From contig NZ_CP036280.1 in assembly GCF_007748075.1 (NCBI RefSeq), forward strand, positions 2,460,001 to 2,492,000: a stretch of 32,000 bases of DNA, in the 5' to 3' direction. The position numbers and the translations under genes are program-made. Position 1 is the first letter of the stretch; the number at the start of each line of letters is the position of its first letter. The notes under the pieces were generated by a model. The model searched no databases and was not told the origin of the DNA. It worked only from the letters and a program-made list of their open reading frames with translations. The stretch comes from Mucisphaera calidilacus (GTDB taxonomy: Bacteria; Planctomycetota; Phycisphaerae; Phycisphaerales; Phycisphaeraceae). This document shows, piece after piece, positions 16,684-24,570 of the stretch.

Positions 16684-17475
16684 TCACTCGGCCGGGGTGG
16701 AATCGGTTGGAGGATCGGCCTGCTTGGTCGTGTCCGGGGCGGGCTCGGCGGCCTTGGGTGGCTCGGGCCCGTCGGTGTGGAGCGGGGGGAGGATGGCCTC
16801 GACCATGCGTTCGACCTGGCGGTCGATGGTGGCGTCGATCTGCCCGTGTCCGAAGCGGGCGATGCAGCCGCCCCGGGTGATCTGCTGGTCCTCGACGAGT
16901 TCGACGTGTTCGAGCTGGCTGAAGCGCTGGAGCAGTTCGGGCATGGCCTGTTCGAGGATGGGTCGGTCTTCGGGGTGGACGCGGACGGTGACCTTAAGCG
17001 GCCGGAGGATGTGGCCGAGGACCTCGGCGAGCTGGTCGACGACGACCTGCTCGTCGACCTCGATGATGCGGTGGACGAGGCGTTCGGCGAAGCGGAGCGC
17101 GAAGGCGAGCAGGCCTTCGCGGGCCTGGGTGGCGAGGTCGTTGAGCTGGGCTTCCCAGCGTGTGCCGAGGTCGAGCCAGGTTTCCTCGATGCGTGCGAGT
17201 TCGGCGGCTGCCTTGGCGAAGGCTTCCTGTTTGCCCTGTTCGAGTCCGTCGGCGTGGCCGCGTTCGAGCCCGTCCTGGTAGCCGGCCTCGACGCCTTGCT
17301 GTTCGGCGTTGCGGAGGATTTCGGAGGCCTGTCGCTCGGCGTTGCGTAGGATCTCTGCGGCGCGGTTCTCGGCGGCCTGCCGGAGCCGTGCGGCCTGGGC
17401 ACCGATGTCGCCGAAGTCGAGCACGATCGCCTCTTTCATGGCGGGTGTGGACTGGTTTTTCCGGACGAGGGGCAT
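16684..17475 (-). CDS. fliH: Flagellar export ATPase regulator FliH
   Basis: 263 aa, between fliG and fliI. Characteristic FliH GxxxG repeat run (GVEAGYQDGLERGHADGLEQGKQEA). C-terminal FliH/YscL-type domain (ITRGGCIARFGHGQIDATIDRQVERM). Confidence 0.8.
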   Translation of the reverse strand: MPLVRKNQSTPAMKEAIVLDFGDIGAQAARLRQAAENRAAEILRNAERQASEILRNAEQQGVEAGYQDGLERGHADGLEQGKQEAFAKAAAELARIEETWLDLGTRWEAQLNDLATQAREGLLAFALRFAERLVHRIIEVDEQVVVDQLAEVLGHILRPLKVTVRVHPEDRPILEQAMPELLQRFSQLEHVELVEDQQITRGGCIARFGHGQIDATIDRQVERMVEAILPPLHTDGPEPPKAAEPAPDTTKQADPPTDSTPAE

Positions 17476-17501
17476 CGGTTGGTTTCCTGGTCAGTCGGGT
17501 T

Positions 17502-18536
17502 TCAGACGATGAGGTCCTTGTCGCCGCCGCGGCCGGAGATGATGATCTCGCCGGCGTCCTCGAGTCGTCGGACGATGTCGACGATGCGTTGCTGGGCGGC
17601 CTCGACGTCGGTGATGCGCACGGGGCCCATGTACTCCATGTCTTCCTTGATGAGGGCGGCGGCGCGGGCGGACATGTTGCCGAAGATCTTGTCCTTGAGG
17701 TCGTCGGAGGCGGTGCGTAGGGAGAGGGCGAGTTCGTCGTTGTCGACCTCCTTGAGCACGGACTGGATGCCCTTGTCGTCGACGTGGAGGATGTCCTCGA
17801 AGACGAACATGAGCCGGCGGATCTCTTCGACGAGATCGGGATCTTCGGCCTCGAGGCCTTCCATGATGCCCTTCTCGGTGGTGCGGTCGACGAGGTTGAG
17901 CATCTCGGCGACGGTGTCGACGCCGCCGATCTTGGCGAAGGACTGGTTCAGGAGATTGGCGAGTCGTGCCTCGAGCCCGCGTTCGACCTCGTGGATGACC
18001 TCGGGGTTGGTCTGTTCCATGTTGGCGACGCGCTTGACGACCTCGATCTGCTTGGCGGTGGGGAGACCGGCGAGGATCTCGGAGGCCTTGCTGAAGTGGA
18101 GGTGGCTGACGATCAGGGCGATGGTCTGGGGGTGCTCGTCCTGGATGAAGGTCAGGAGGTTGGTGGACTCGGCCTTCTGGAGGAAGGCGAAGGGCGTCTT
18201 GCGGACCTGCTGGCTGATCTGCTGGATGATGCGGTTGGCGTCTTCGGGGCTGAGCGATTTCTGGAGGAGTTTGCGTGCGTAGTCGAGTCCGCCCTCGCGT
18301 GCCCAGGTGTTGGCGACGGCGATGTCGTAAAACTCGCGCAGGACGCCGTCGCGGACGTCGGCGGGGATGTCGCCGATCGACGCGAGTTCCCGGGTGACCT
18401 CCTCGACGCCCTTGGGCGAGAGCTGGGAGAGCATGATGGCGGAGGCCTCTTCGTCGAGCGCGAGCAGGAGGATGGCGGCCTTGCGGAGGCCGTCCATTTC
18501 CGTGAGCGGTTCGATCTGTGGGGCCGGTGCGGGCAT
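17502..18536 (-). CDS. fliG: Flagellar motor switch protein FliG
   Basis: 344 aa. Typical FliG sequence (GLRKAAILLLALDEEASAIML, EHPQTIALIVSHL, MFVFEDI, torque-helix region near the C-terminus). Confidence 0.95.
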   Translation of the reverse strand: MPAPAPQIEPLTEMDGLRKAAILLLALDEEASAIMLSQLSPKGVEEVTRELASIGDIPADVRDGVLREFYDIAVANTWAREGGLDYARKLLQKSLSPEDANRIIQQISQQVRKTPFAFLQKAESTNLLTFIQDEHPQTIALIVSHLHFSKASEILAGLPTAKQIEVVKRVANMEQTNPEVIHEVERGLEARLANLLNQSFAKIGGVDTVAEMLNLVDRTTEKGIMEGLEAEDPDLVEEIRRLMFVFEDILHVDDKGIQSVLKEVDNDELALSLRTASDDLKDKIFGNMSARAAALIKEDMEYMGPVRITDVEAAQQRIVDIVRRLEDAGEIIISGRGGDKDLIV

Positions 18537-18545
18537 GGGCGTGTG

Positions 18546-20192
18546 TTACTCGTCGACCTGGACCCACTTGTTGATGAGGTGTCCGGCCTCTTCGGGGTTG
18601 GCCTTGATCAGTTCGCTGATCTGCTGGGCGATGCGTCGGCTGTTGAGTTCCTCCTCGTTGAGTTCGACGCCGGAGAGGAGGTCCTGAACCTCGTCGACCT
18701 CGCCGACGAGTTCGTCCTCGTCGGGCAGGTCGGGCGGGACGCCGGCGAGTTCCTCGACGGAGGGCAGTTGTTCGGGCTGGGTGGCCTTGCGGACCATCAT
18801 GAACATCATGAGCAGCGCGGCACCGGAGAGGCCGACGATGCCAACGGGGCCGGCCCACTCGGCGGCGGTGGAGGCGAGGGTGAGTCCGGTGTCGTTGGCG
18901 CCGGCGGCGTTGGCGGGCATGAAGTGCGCGTCGGGGATCCAGTTGACGGTGACGACCGGTTCCTGGTCGGCGGCGGCGAGCGGGAGGACCTGGGCCCTGA
19001 TCTGCGCGATCTGTTCGTCGATCAGCGGCTGGAGGTCGGCGGGCATGGGGATGGCGGTCTCTTCCGCATCGTCGGCGGGCGGGTTCTGGATGCGGTTGAG
19101 GTTGACGAAGTAGCTGTAGGGCACGCCGATGGCGACGTTGACGCGCTCGACGTTGTAGCCGTTGAGCTGCTCTTCGAGTGTCTGGAGCAGGGGCTTGCTG
19201 GCGTACTCGGAGTGCTGGCGGTTCTGGGTGGTCTCGTTGCCGCCTGAGGCGGAGCCGTCGATGTCGAGGCCGACGTTGGATCGCGGGCCGGGTTCACCGC
19301 CGGACGAGTAGTTGCGTGCGGTGCTCTCCTCGATCTCCTGAGACTTGAGCGGTTCGGTCTTGTCGTACTCGTGCTGGAGGCGTCGGCCCATGTGGACCTC
19401 GCTGGTCTCGACGTTGACCTCGACCAGGACGCCCTGGATGTAGCTGAGCGCGCGCTCGATCTTCCCGCGGTAGCGTCGGTCGTTGTGCTGGGCCATCTCC
19501 AGGGCGCCGGAGGGGTCGGTCTCGTCGTCGGCCTGGGTGCGCCAGCGTTTGCCGGTGTTGGCGTCGACGACGACGACGTTCTGGGCGCTGAGTTCGGCGA
19601 GGGACCCAGAGACGAGGCTGGCGATCGACTCGACGATGTCCTTATTGAGCGATCGTCCGGCCTGCATGATCACGGAGACCGAGGCGGAGGGTTCGCTGAA
19701 GGTGCGGTCGAAGCCTCTGCGTTCGGGGACCGAGATAATGACGTCGGCCTTGCGCACGTCGGCGATGTGCTCGATGACTTCGCCGACGACGTTCTGGAGT
19801 GCGATGTTGTAGTTGCGGTCGCCCTGCTTGTCGGTGATCCAGGGCGACTGGTCCTTGACGAGCTGGCTGAAGGCGTTGGAGACGTCGTCGGAGGAGAGTC
19901 CGCTTTCGATGATGACGGCCATGGCCTGGTGGACGTCGGCCTTGTCGACAAGCACCTCGTCGCCCTCGATCTCGGCCTCGATACCCGCGAGATCAAGGGA
20001 GCGAGCGACCTGAGCGGTCTTGCCCGGAGCGACGTTGATGGCGTACTTCTCGGGTGTCCCCGCGACGAGCACGAGGATCCCGCTGATGACCAGCCCGAGG
20101 GTGAGGACGGTCGCGATGAGCCATCTTTGGCTGGCGGTCATGCCCTGGCTCTGGGCCTGGATCTGCAACCAGTAGCGTTTGAATAAGTCCAA
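18546..20192 (-). CDS. fliF: Flagellar MS-ring protein FliF
   Basis: 548 aa. N-terminal TM, periplasmic YscJ/FliF ring domains, second TM (WAGPVGIVGLSGAALLMMFMMV) and an acidic C-terminal FliG-binding tail. TTG start with GGAGG 8 nt upstream. Confidence 0.93.
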   Translation of the reverse strand: MDLFKRYWLQIQAQSQGMTASQRWLIATVLTLGLVISGILVLVAGTPEKYAINVAPGKTAQVARSLDLAGIEAEIEGDEVLVDKADVHQAMAVIIESGLSSDDVSNAFSQLVKDQSPWITDKQGDRNYNIALQNVVGEVIEHIADVRKADVIISVPERRGFDRTFSEPSASVSVIMQAGRSLNKDIVESIASLVSGSLAELSAQNVVVVDANTGKRWRTQADDETDPSGALEMAQHNDRRYRGKIERALSYIQGVLVEVNVETSEVHMGRRLQHEYDKTEPLKSQEIEESTARNYSSGGEPGPRSNVGLDIDGSASGGNETTQNRQHSEYASKPLLQTLEEQLNGYNVERVNVAIGVPYSYFVNLNRIQNPPADDAEETAIPMPADLQPLIDEQIAQIRAQVLPLAAADQEPVVTVNWIPDAHFMPANAAGANDTGLTLASTAAEWAGPVGIVGLSGAALLMMFMMVRKATQPEQLPSVEELAGVPPDLPDEDELVGEVDEVQDLLSGVELNEEELNSRRIAQQISELIKANPEEAGHLINKWVQVDE

Positions 20193-20295
20193 GTGGCGGC
20201 CTCCATGCCGCGGGCTGAGCGTTCAGCCCGGTTTTCGGACGCGCGGCGGCGTCCGGTTGATCAGCACGTCTCCGACGTGCGCTGCGTCGGGTGGA

Positions 20296-20604
20296 TCAGA
20301 CGCGGATCTGCTTCACCTCCTCGTAGGCGTCGGCCATCTTGTTGCGGACCTGCAGCAGCAGTTGGAAGGCGATATCGGCCTGGTTCTTGGCGATGGCGAC
20401 GGCGTCGACGTCGTCGCGTCGGCCGGCGACCAGGTCCTCGATGGCCTGTTCGGCGTCCTTCTGCAGGCGGTTGACCTGCTCGATCTCCTGCATGAGAACG
20501 TCGCGGAAGGCGGTGGTGGCCTCGGTGCGCTGGGCTCCGCCGGCGCGTGCGGCGTCCGTGCCGGTCTGCGTTGCGTTGGGGATGAGTCCGAGCGGATCGC
20601 TCAT
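20296..20604 (-). CDS. fliE: Flagellar hook-basal body protein FliE
   Basis: 102 aa. The C-terminal part (VDAVAIAKNQADIAFQLLLQVRNKMADAYEEVKQIRV) is typical of FliE. It sits between flgC and fliF. Confidence 0.85.
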   Translation of the reverse strand: MSDPLGLIPNATQTGTDAARAGGAQRTEATTAFRDVLMQEIEQVNRLQKDAEQAIEDLVAGRRDDVDAVAIAKNQADIAFQLLLQVRNKMADAYEEVKQIRV

Positions 20605-20630
20605 CGTGTTCGGTCCTCGGTCGATCGCGA

Positions 20631-21038
20631 TCAGGCAAGCAGCCTGAGGGTGTTGCGGAGCATGGCCTTGGTGGCTTCAGCGGCGGTGATGTTGGCTTCG
20701 TAGGCGCGGCTGGCCTCGAGGGCGTTGATCTGTTCCATCGGGCCGCTGATGTTGGGGTAGTAGACGTAGCCGTCTTTATCGGCGAGCGGATGGTCTTCGT
20801 CGAGACGCCTGGCGAAGGGCGACTGATCGATCATGATCTCGCGGACGTGGACGCCCTGGTCGGTCCCGGAATCCGGATCGCCCGGCGCGAAGACGGCGAT
20901 GCGTCGGCGGTAGGGGTCGTACTCGCCCTTGGCGTTGTAGATCGAGTTCTGGTTGGCGATGTTGGCGGCGATGACCTCGAGTCGCGTTCGCTGCGCGACG
21001 AGGGCCGATGCCGAGGTATTGAGGGATCCAAACATCAA
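20631..21038 (-). CDS. flgC: Flagellar proximal rod protein FlgC
   Basis: 135 aa. MMFGSLNTSASALVAQRTRLEVIAANIANQNS at the start and YPNISGPMEQINALEASRAYEANITAAEATKAM near the end, the canonical FlgC pattern. Confidence 0.95.
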   Translation of the reverse strand: MMFGSLNTSASALVAQRTRLEVIAANIANQNSIYNAKGEYDPYRRRIAVFAPGDPDSGTDQGVHVREIMIDQSPFARRLDEDHPLADKDGYVYYPNISGPMEQINALEASRAYEANITAAEATKAMLRNTLRLLA

Positions 21039-21048
21039 TCAGGCTCCG

Positions 21049-21498
21049 TCAGGGTCTTTCGCGGATCGCTGAACGCAGGAGTTCGAACTCGCTGCGGAGC
21101 AGGTCGATGGCGGTGTTGTGGACGAGGGTGTTCTCGGCGAGCGACTGCATGGTGCGTTCGAGGTCGCGGTTGTTGCGGTCGTGGTAGAGGATGCCCTCAC
21201 CGCCTTTTTGCGGTGTGAAGGCGAGGGTGCCGTCGGATTCCTGGACCTGCCGCGTGTTCCTGAGCTGGAGGTCGCCGTCGACCGGGCGTCGGCTCTGTCG
21301 TCGGCGGTCGATGGCGTCGCCGAGCTGGTGCTGGAACAGTTCAGGGTCGAGGTCGACGGGCCGGAAGTTGGGCGTGGAGAGGTTGGCGATGTTGTGGGAG
21401 AGGGCCTTCTGGCGTGCGGAGGTGAACGTGAGCATCCGCTCGAGCGCGGGCATCGCGCCGTGATCGAATACGCCTTGGATCATGCTCCGCGTGCTCAT
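21049..21498 (-). CDS. flgB: Flagellar proximal rod protein FlgB
   Basis: Rod N-terminal motif is LSHNIANLSTPNF. The ATG at 21498 (MSTRSMIQGVF) or at 21483 is preferred. The track start at 21564 would place the candidate sigma-54 promoter inside the coding sequence. Confidence 0.88.
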   Translation of the reverse strand: MSTRSMIQGVFDHGAMPALERMLTFTSARQKALSHNIANLSTPNFRPVDLDPELFQHQLGDAIDRRRQSRRPVDGDLQLRNTRQVQESDGTLAFTPQKGGEGILYHDRNNRDLERTMQSLAENTLVHNTAIDLLRSEFELLRSAIRERP

Positions 21499-21510
21499 GG
21501 TGTGTCTCGC

Positions 21511-21526
21511 AGCAAGTTGCGTGCCC
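21511..21526 (-). promoter_or_regulatory. Candidate sigma-54 (-24/-12) promoter for the flgB operon
   Basis: The minus strand reads GGGCAC-GCAAC-TTGCT, against the consensus TGGCAC-N5-TTGCW. GG-to-GC spacing is exact. It lies in the ~100-nt gap between the sigma-54-dependent activator gene and flgB. The predicted start site falls only a few nt before the ATG at 21498. Confidence 0.55.
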
Positions 21527-21601
21527 TTCGCGTGGCCGGCGGATCGTGCGCCTCTGTCGTGCATCGGCGCAGGTTCTGCGCGTGCGTGCGCAGGATCTGC
21601 G

Positions 21602-23056
21602 CTAGGCCGATTGAGCGATGAGCTGCTGTTCCTTCCATTTCTTGAGCTTGAGTCCGAGGGTTCGTACGCCGATCCCCAACGCCTTGGCCGTCTTCTGGCG
21701 ATTGCCGCTGAAGTAATTGAGCGTGTACATGATCTGGGCGCGTTCGACCTCTTCGAGGGCGCGGACGGGGCCCTCGGCGACGCGTGGGGGCAGCTCCTGC
21801 CCGTGGGGCGGCGCGGCGTGGCCGATCGGCGTCGGCGCGTGGCCCTGACTCACGGGGACGGGCGTCGTCGGCGCGGAGGGTCCGGGGGTCTGCAGCCAGG
21901 GCTGGATGAGGTCGGGCTTGATGAGTCCGCTGCGCGTCAGGACGCTGGCGCGTTCGCAGATGTTCTGCAACTCGCGGACGTTGCCGGGCCAGGGGTATTC
22001 CTTGAGCAGGGCGACCGCCTGCGGCTCGAGCCTGCGGGGCTCGCGGCCCTCACGCATGGCGACGGTGGCGAGGAAGTGCTCGGCGAGCAGGGGGATGTCC
22101 TCGGTGCGGTCGCGCAGCGGGGGCAGTTCGATGGGCAGGACGTTCAGGCGGTAGTAGAGGTCCTGGCGGAACTGGCCGGAGGCGACGCTGAAGCGGAGGT
22201 CGCGGTTGGTGGTCGCGAGCACGCGGACGTCGACGCTGAGGGTCGTGCTCGATCCGACGCGCTCGAACTGGCCTTCCTGCAGGACGCGCAGGAGCTTGGC
22301 CTGGAGCGTGGGGCTGATCTCGCTGATCTCGTCGAGGAGGAGCGTCCCGCCGTCGGCGAGCTCGAAGCGGCCCTTGCGGAGCTGATCGGCGCCGGTGAAG
22401 GCACCGCGTTCGTGGCCGAACAGCTCGCTCTCGAGCAGGCTGCTGCTGAGTGCGGCGCAGTTGACGCAGAGCATGACGTTGTCGCGCCGGGGGCTGTGGG
22501 CGTGGATCGTGCGGGCGACAACTTCCTTGCCGGTCCCGGACTCGCCGGCGATGAGGACGGTGCCCGACGAGTTGGCGACCTGGTGGATCTGCTGGGCGAG
22601 CCGGCGCATCTCGGTTGACTTGCCGACGAGCGAGGGCACGGCGTCGGTGCGTGCCCCGCCTGTGCGGAGGGCCTCGTTTTCGTTGGTGAGTTCGCGGTGC
22701 TGGACGGCCCGGCGGACGACCATCACCAGCTGATCGCCCTCGAAGGGCTTCTGCACGAAGTCGAAAGCCCCCTGCTGCATGGCAGCGACGGCGTCGCTGA
22801 CCGTGCCGTAAGCGGTCATCAGGACCACGGGCAGGCTCGGATCAACGGCGCGGAGTTCGGTGAGCAGCGACAGCCCGTCCATCTCGGGCATGCGCAGGTC
22901 GGTGATGACGGCGGCGGGCCGGTGCTTGCCGGCCTGCTTGAGCGCGGCCTTGCCGTCGGAGGCGGTGACCACGGCGAAGCCCGCGCGCTGCAGTGTTGCT
23001 GCGACGCTGTCGCGCATGATCTGCTTGTCGTCGACGACGAGGATCTTCGAGCTCAT
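21602..23056 (-). CDS. Sigma-54-dependent response regulator (NtrC family; FlrC/FleR-like by context)
   Basis: 484 aa. Receiver domain (VITDLRMPEMDG). AAA+ domain with Walker A GESGTGKE and the sigma-54 contact loop GAFTGA. C-terminal Fis-type HTH (NRQKTAKALGIGVRTLGLKLKK). Confidence 0.9.
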   Translation of the reverse strand: MSSKILVVDDKQIMRDSVAATLQRAGFAVVTASDGKAALKQAGKHRPAAVITDLRMPEMDGLSLLTELRAVDPSLPVVLMTAYGTVSDAVAAMQQGAFDFVQKPFEGDQLVMVVRRAVQHRELTNENEALRTGGARTDAVPSLVGKSTEMRRLAQQIHQVANSSGTVLIAGESGTGKEVVARTIHAHSPRRDNVMLCVNCAALSSSLLESELFGHERGAFTGADQLRKGRFELADGGTLLLDEISEISPTLQAKLLRVLQEGQFERVGSSTTLSVDVRVLATTNRDLRFSVASGQFRQDLYYRLNVLPIELPPLRDRTEDIPLLAEHFLATVAMREGREPRRLEPQAVALLKEYPWPGNVRELQNICERASVLTRSGLIKPDLIQPWLQTPGPSAPTTPVPVSQGHAPTPIGHAAPPHGQELPPRVAEGPVRALEEVERAQIMYTLNYFSGNRQKTAKALGIGVRTLGLKLKKWKEQQLIAQSA

Positions 23057-23967
23057 GCGGCTTTGGCTCCGAGTCCCTGGGCGGCCTGATTCGGCCGCGG
23101 AATCGTGCAGGTAAAGACGGCCCCGTTGTCGTTGTGGACGGTGATGGACCCGCCGTGGGCGTCAACGATGCGGTGGACGATGGCCAGCCCCAGCCCGGTG
23201 CCGGTGTGACGCGTGGTGAAGAAGGGATTGAAGATGCGGTCGACCAGCTCGCGGTCGATGCCCGGGCCGGTGTCGCGGATGGTCAGCCGGTCGTCGCCGC
23301 CGACGGTGCGCGCCTTGAGGATGAGCCTGCGTTCGCCTTCCTGCCTGCTCATGGCCTCGGTGGCGTTGCGGACGAGGTTGAGGATCGCCTGGTGCAGGAG
23401 CCCGATGTCGGCGTGAACCATGCCGTCGCAGGGCGCAGCGCAGTCGAGTTCGACGCGGACGCCGGCCGAGGCGATCTCCGGGCGGTGGGCCGAGACGGCC
23501 TGCTCGAAGAGCGCCTGGACGTCGAGCCAGTCCTTGCGCGGCTGGATATCGCGTGAGAACTGCAGGACGTCGTTGACGATGCCGTCGAGTGAGCGGACGG
23601 CGTCGGCGATGTGCGTGAGGTGCGTCTGAGCGTTCTCGACGTTGTCGAGGGCCGACTCGGCCTTGAGGTCGTCGAGGGCCATCTGGGCGTAGAGCGCGAT
23701 CCCGCCGAGCGGGTTGCGGATCTCGTGGGCGATGCCGGCGGCCATCTCGCCGAGCGCGGAGAGTCGCCTGCTGCGCTGGAGCTGGGCGTTGGTGCTGGCG
23801 AGTTCGCGTCGCAGGCGGGTCACCTCGGACTCGAGGCGTGCGTGGCTCTCGGCCACCTTGTCGGTGACGTCGTTGTAGGCGCGGATGATCTCGGCGAGGT
23901 CTTCGGCGCGTGTGTCGGCCTGCTTCGTCGCGTTTGTCGTGTGGTCGAGGAGCGTCTGGTTACTCAT
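23053..23967 (-). CDS. Soluble sensor histidine kinase (FlrB/FleS-like by context)
   Basis: 304 aa. No TM segment. Coiled coil, then H-box AGIAHEIRNPL, N-box LVRNATEA, G1 RDTGPGI, F-box FNPFFTT and G2 GTGLGLAI. The stop overlaps the regulator ATG (ATGA). Confidence 0.88.
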   Translation of the reverse strand: MSNQTLLDHTTNATKQADTRAEDLAEIIRAYNDVTDKVAESHARLESEVTRLRRELASTNAQLQRSRRLSALGEMAAGIAHEIRNPLGGIALYAQMALDDLKAESALDNVENAQTHLTHIADAVRSLDGIVNDVLQFSRDIQPRKDWLDVQALFEQAVSAHRPEIASAGVRVELDCAAPCDGMVHADIGLLHQAILNLVRNATEAMSRQEGERRLILKARTVGGDDRLTIRDTGPGIDRELVDRIFNPFFTTRHTGTGLGLAIVHRIVDAHGGSITVHNDNGAVFTCTIPRPNQAAQGLGAKAA

Positions 23968-23970
23968 GAG

Positions 23971-24459
23971 TCACCCCTGGCTGTCGGTGATGGAATTACT
24001 GGCGGGCGGCGCGTAGGCGGCTCCGGCGTTGCCCTGATAGGCACGGACGGCGTGACGAGCGGTGCCGACGCGTGACATGCGTGCCTTCGCGCTGGACTGC
24101 GCCTGCTTGAGGCGGTCGCCATCGGAACGATCACGCTCCATGATGTCGCGCATGAGCGTGTCGGTTTCGTCGAGGATGGCGCGGAGCTTGAGCCGGTTGG
24201 GTTCGGAGAGATCGGCGCGAACCTGATCCCACGATTCGCGGAAGGGTCGGATTTTTTCGGCGACGGACCGCAGTTCATCGAGGAGTGTCTGCCGGCGCGT
24301 GAGCAGCGACAGGAGTTTCTCGGTCTGCCCCTTGGTGATGTAGTCGTTCTGCTGATTCGAGAGCAGGCGCAACGTCTGGTAGAGGTCGCGCTGCTGCGCC
24401 ACCAGATCTAGTAGCGCCTGCGCATCCTTGATGGAAATGTCGTTGCTGTCGCCGGTCAT
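23971..24459 (-). CDS. FlgN-like flagellar chaperone-family protein (tentative)
   Basis: 162-aa helical ORF. LLDLVAQQRDLYQTLRLLSNQQNDYITKGQTEKLLSLLTRRQTLLDEL resembles the FlgN-family N-terminal pattern. AAGGTGG SD 6 nt upstream. The stop is 3 nt before the kinase ATG. Confidence 0.45.
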   Translation of the reverse strand: MTGDSNDISIKDAQALLDLVAQQRDLYQTLRLLSNQQNDYITKGQTEKLLSLLTRRQTLLDELRSVAEKIRPFRESWDQVRADLSEPNRLKLRAILDETDTLMRDIMERDRSDGDRLKQAQSSAKARMSRVGTARHAVRAYQGNAGAAYAPPASNSITDSQG

Positions 24460-24570
24460 CCGTGACCACCTTGCTGTTATCGGGCGTCCATGCCCTAGGT
24501 GATCTTCGGTTCAACAGGCGTGTTGAGCTTGACTATTTGTGGTCGCAGGCCAAGACGCAAGCGGGACTTA

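Noticed and set aside
17238-17355. Short tandem repeats in fliH: a 33-nt repeat encoding AEILRNAERQ/SEILRNAEQQ and a 24-nt repeat encoding DGLERGHA/DGLEQGKQ.
   Set aside because: These are explained by the known FliH N-terminal coiled coil and GxxxG repeat architecture. They do not indicate a mobile or hypervariable element.
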